DNA from: Heteronotia binoei
Taxonomy: Eukaryota
Assembly (NCBI RefSeq): GCF_032191835.1
Contig: NC_083223.1
Coordinates: 247,752,001-247,816,000, forward strand
DNA: 64,000 bases
Reading direction: 5' to 3'
Below the pieces are notes generated by a model. That model was given only the letters and a program-made list of their open reading frames with translations, was not told the DNA's origin and did no database searches. How positions within the stretch are numbered: the stretch's first letter is position 1; every line of letters begins with the position of its first letter. A program made the translations under genes and the position numbers. Shown piece by piece: positions 60,228 through 64,000 of this stretch.

Positions 60228-60450
60228 GTGCGTACTAGTCTGGCCCATACCTGTGTTCCCCTTTTGCCTGTCTTTTGCCGGGTATGATGGATGTTTGCAG
60301 TGACAGTGCAGAGATGCTTATCATGCCCCTTCCAGACTGGGCACGTTGCTTCTCTCTGCAGAAGGGGGTGACTTTTCATCCATTCTCTGCCGTTTGGCTG
60401 AAGGCTCCCAGTATGGTTTCCAGGCCTTCATGCCTGCTTCTCTCCCTCAG

Positions 60451-60563
60451 ACCTACCGGGCTTTCAGTGCCAACAACACTGAAGACTTGGAGCTGGTGGT
60501 GGCCCACATCAAGAGCCAGTTCCCTCGGGCACCACTGATGGCAGTTGGCGTTTCAATGGGCGG
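60451..60563 (+). CDS. ABHD1: ABHD1 exon 5 (113 nt; nucleophile elbow GVSMG)
   Basis: [37 protein letters not shown](G); ctcag| and |gtgagt. Confidence 0.96.
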
Positions 60564-62204
60564 GTGAGTTTTAGCTTGGTCATTTGTGGGGGAAGATGTA
60601 ATTGTTCAAGGGAACAGGAATGAACACTTGCCGTCTGTCCTGTGCTGCCTCAGACCATGGATCTAACAAGGTCATCATGGCCAGCTTTGTGGCAACAGCT
60701 CCCTTCTCAGGCACAGGTCTTTCATAACACCTCCTACCTGATCCTTTTAACTGGAGATGCTGGGGATTTGAACCAGTGATCTTCTACATGCCCAGCAGAG
60801 GCTCTGCCACCAAGTCCTTGGCCAAAAACTGGTCCTTCCACAACAAAGAAGTCGCTAGACTACACTCCTATTCGCTTTCCAGCTTGATTGGGCTTTCTTT
60901 GGCCCAATTGGGAGCTTCCTCAAAGCTGTGAAATCCAGAAATCCTCCTTGGGTCACATGGCTGACTCATGCTTGTAGGAAACCTCCACTTGGCCGCCCCA
61001 CCCCAGCTCCTTCCTGCTCTGCCTGGGCCCAGTTGCAGGGTGCGGTCAAGAGGATGACTTCCCTGTTGTTTTCTCATACTTGTTTTCATTGTCTGTTGCC
61101 TCTGGTGCTTTTTAATGTTGACAACCATGATAACAATTTTAAAGTTTTTGTAAAACCATTGACGTTTTTACCACAGTCGTGTCCCTCAGCCTCCACCAAA
61201 CCCAGCACTGGCAGCCCACTTTCTTGTATCCATTCTGTTCCCACTCATCTCAATGCATTGTGTGCTCCCCCCACCCTTAGGGGGCTGCCTGTGATTATTC
61301 CCTCTATTTAGTGGCCTGAGAATGTAGAAGTCCCTTTTTAGGAGCAGTCAGAAAGGGAATGTTACCAAAAAGAAACCTACAGCTAACCAGGCCTCTAGCT
61401 AAACATGGGCCCACAGGGCCTGCCCCCCTGGCAGTTTTTTTTTGGGGGGGGCTTACCCCTATCCCAGGGCCATCCCTTCCCTCCTGCACCATTTAAATCG
61501 CATAGGAGGGTCACCCAGGAGCAACCACTGCCCCTCCCATGCCAGTTAAAGGGCCCACCAATCAGCTGCTTGGCGGGGTCTTTAAATCATGCTGGAAGAG
61601 CAGCTGCTGACCTCCCTTGCAATTTAAAGGGCCCCGCCAGTGAGTTGATTGATGGGCCGTTTAAATTATGTGGGGAGTGTGGCTGCTCCTGCAAGTCCCT
61701 CCCCCATGATTTAAATTGTGCAGGAGGGGGTGGAGGAGGGAGAGGGGCAGCCCCTGGCCTGCCCAGCTTCCTGCTCTTATCCTTGTAGCCCCCTCCCCCC
61801 CCAGCCCCTAGCTACAAGGCTGAAGTTAACTGTGCCATCCTAAACAGTTACGCCCTTCAAAGCCTACAGTGCACTTGGAAAGATACAGCTCTGTTTAGGA
61901 TTGCACTGTAACAGAACAAGTTGTTTCTCATCAGGTTGATGGGACCTGGAGCTCTTCCATCAAAGGCAATGGCAAGCCACCTCTTGCCTTGAAATCCCCA
62001 AAGGGTTGCCATAAGTTCCCTGTGACTTGACAGCACTCTCTTCCACCACCATCACATCATAGGGGGTCATGATGCTGCAGCCAGACTGGAAAGACACCTG
62101 GTGAGCCAGGGGCATAGGGACTAGGAGCCACACGCCCAATGGCTAGTTGTCCCCAGGAGCAACTCCATCACCCTTCCCTCCCACTGACACTTCTTCTCTG
62201 GCAG

Positions 62205-62378
62205 GATTCTGGTGCTCAACTACCTGGGGCGGAAAGGCCATGAGGCTGGGCTGGTGGCTGCTATGACCTTCTCTGTGAGCTGGGATTCCTTCGAGACCAC
62301 CCACTCGCTCGAGAGACCCCTCAACCTGGTGCTTTTCAACCAGCGACTCACAGCCAACTTGCGGAAGCTCATCCAACG
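62205..62378 (+). CDS. ABHD1: ABHD1 exon 6 (174 nt)
   Basis: [57 protein letters not shown](R); gcag| and |gtgtgt. Confidence 0.95.
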
Positions 62379-62617
62379 GTGTGTGTTTTAAAGGAGGAGG
62401 TGCAAGAAATGGGAGGACTGGACTTGCAGGGTTCAGGACAGACATTCTCAGAGGGAAGGAGAGGATATGTGAATTTCCAGAGTAAAGAGGGCCCCTCTAG
62501 ATGAACCCCCCAGAGCAAATGTGATCCTCCTTCCCCTCCTGCCACAAGACCCCAAGACAAGTCTTTCCTCCCCTCCTTTCCTTCTGGCTCCCCCACTGAC
62601 TTTCCATCATATTCCAG

Positions 62618-62666
62618 GCACAGAAAGGTGGTTGCTGAGAAACTGGATGTGGATCATGTGCTGAAG
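62618..62666 (+). CDS. ABHD1: ABHD1 exon 7 (49 nt)
   Basis: HRKVVAEKLDVDHVLK; ttccag| and |gtacca. Confidence 0.93.
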
Positions 62667-62792
62667 GTACCATTTCCCCCAATCCCAACATTGCCTCTTC
62701 TGTCTCCCCTCGCTGAGCCTTGCAACACCCTGATGCTTTGGTGTGATCTCACCCTCTCTCTCCTTCTCTTCCTCCCCTCTCCCCAACACTAG

Positions 62793-62958
62793 GCTCGTTG
62801 CATTAGGGAGTTTGATGAGCGCTACACATCCGTGGCCTTTGGTTACAACTCATGCAAGGAGTACTACCAAGCAGCCAGCCCGTGTCACAAAGTGCACCGC
62901 TTCCGTGTGCCAGTGTTGTGCCTTAACGCCTCTGATGACCCCTTCTCCCCTCAGCATG
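62793..62958 (+). CDS. ABHD1: ABHD1 exon 8 (166 nt; catalytic Asp region NASDDP)
   Basis: [18 protein letters not shown]...[17 protein letters not shown]; ctag| and |gtgagt. Confidence 0.96.
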
Positions 62959-63051
62959 GTGAGTCCTGGCCCACACCCTATCCTGCTCTCCTAGGCTGTT
63001 CTCCTCCTGGAGGAGAGCTGTCTGCATTTGACTTTGTTGTTGTTGTTGCAG

Positions 63052-63290
63052 CTATTCCTCTAGATGCTGCTCAGTGTGTGCCCACATTGGCCTTGTTGGT
63101 GACATCCCACGGTGGCCACATAGGCTTCCTGGAGGGCCTATTTCCACGCCATGGGAGTTACATGGACCGTGTCTTTGCCCAGTTTGTGAGTGCTGTCTTT
63201 GAGCATCAGGAGGAACTGCAGGCTGCAGTAGCAGCCAAGGAAGACAAAGAACTTGAACAAGACCAGAGTCTTCTGCTGCTGGATCAGTGA
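63052..63290 (+). CDS. ABHD1: ABHD1 exon 9 (239 nt, catalytic His GGHIGF, stop); total CDS 1206 nt = 401 aa
   Basis: [31 protein letters not shown]...DQ*; ttgcag| acceptor. Confidence 0.95.
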
Positions 63291-63747
63291 GAAGACACCA
63301 CTGAAGACTGGGCCAGGAGATTCCAAGCCCTTCCTGTCAACCTGTGGCTCTGATCCCACCTGCCCTCCCAGGTGGAGGGCCTGTATTTGCCTTCACTTTT
63401 AGGGAGGCGGCGAGATTATAGCCAAGGCATGTGCCACTATGCTGCAAACCCTTGTTTTCCAGTATGATCTATCCCACATGAAAGGCTGTGCCCCTGAAGG
63501 GATGTCTCCATGTGTCCACACCAGCAGGTGGCATTGGAGACTTCATGTATTTTGGGGAGCAAGCAGTGGGATGCTGAGCTGAATACAGAGCTATTTTTTT
63601 CCATAGAGCGATCTAGTTTTTTTGCTTCTAAATAGGAAAGAAGTTGTGGGCATCACTATTACAGTGGCATCGCTGCACCTCACAGGGATGCTGCTTTGAC
63701 CCTCCTGGACCACACTTACTTGCCTGAGTGTGAGATCTCCAACTCCT

Positions 63748-63757
63748 TTTAATTAAA
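63748..63757. terminator. Palindromic TTTAATTAAA giving ATTAAA poly(A) signals on both strands
   Basis: + strand ATTAAA at 63752-63757 (~460 nt after the ABHD1 stop); minus-strand ATTAAA at 63748-63753. Confidence 0.6.
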
Positions 63758-64000
63758 CTTCCCTTCTTCAGTTAACAAAAGCAACTGACTTTAGCCAAAA
63801 ATGATTGCGTGCTCAGTGTGCAGTGTGAGTCGCTCCTAAGAGAAAGGTAGGCACAGTCCAAATGTGCTCTTGGAAAAGAATATATACATTTCTCCACGAG
63901 GCCGAGGAGAGCCTCTAAAATCTCATTCTTGCACAACCAAGGGGCACCGACCTGGTTCCTTCCAGGCAGCCAAGTGCAGCACCCCACTGAAACTTATTCC

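Noticed and set aside
5368-63757. CRISPR-like or prokaryotic/viral systems suggested by the many palindromes
   Set aside because: The palindromes are dispersed MITEs with TIRs and TSDs, not regularly spaced repeats. No operons, cas, phage, retroviral gag/pol/env or mitochondrial (NUMT) sequence was recognised.
63300-64000. PREB coding sequence
   Set aside because: No recognisable PREB peptide on the minus strand; at most 3' UTR is present, so no gene is called.

Overview
Vertebrate (eukaryotic) genomic DNA, very likely a squamate reptile and probably a gecko. This is inferred from the repeat complement: (CTT)n-tailed MIR/Ther1-type SINEs, Sauria-type SINEs, BovB, CR1, L2 and hAT MITEs. Manual splicing recovers three complete intron-containing genes in the order known from human 2p23. 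KHK (+, 25552-40199, 298 aa) has both mutually exclusive exons 3a/3c intact. CGREF1 (-, 43131-50560, 240 aa) has a signal peptide and two EF-hands. ABHD1 (+, 54867-63290, 401 aa) has an intact Ser/Asp/His triad. At the left edge lie the 5' coding exons of a divergent cGMP-dependent protein kinase-like gene (-), which continues beyond base 1. It sits where EMILIN1 lies in human, resembles neither PRKG1 nor PRKG2 closely, and is the best candidate for something under-described. Other notable signals are a 71-nt intron that could sterically enforce KHK-A/C exclusivity, a multi-template-switch rearrangement in KHK intron 3, a head-to-head inverted SINE pair in KHK intron 2, a spliced 168-aa alternative reading frame over ABHD1 exons 1-3, and a palindromic bidirectional poly(A) signal at the ABHD1 3' end. 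Most ORF-track entries are spurious (intronic, repeat or antisense). There are no prokaryotic-type systems, CRISPR arrays, or genuine rRNA/tRNA genes. All coordinates were counted by hand; repeat boundaries are approximate and family names are from recall, not database searches.
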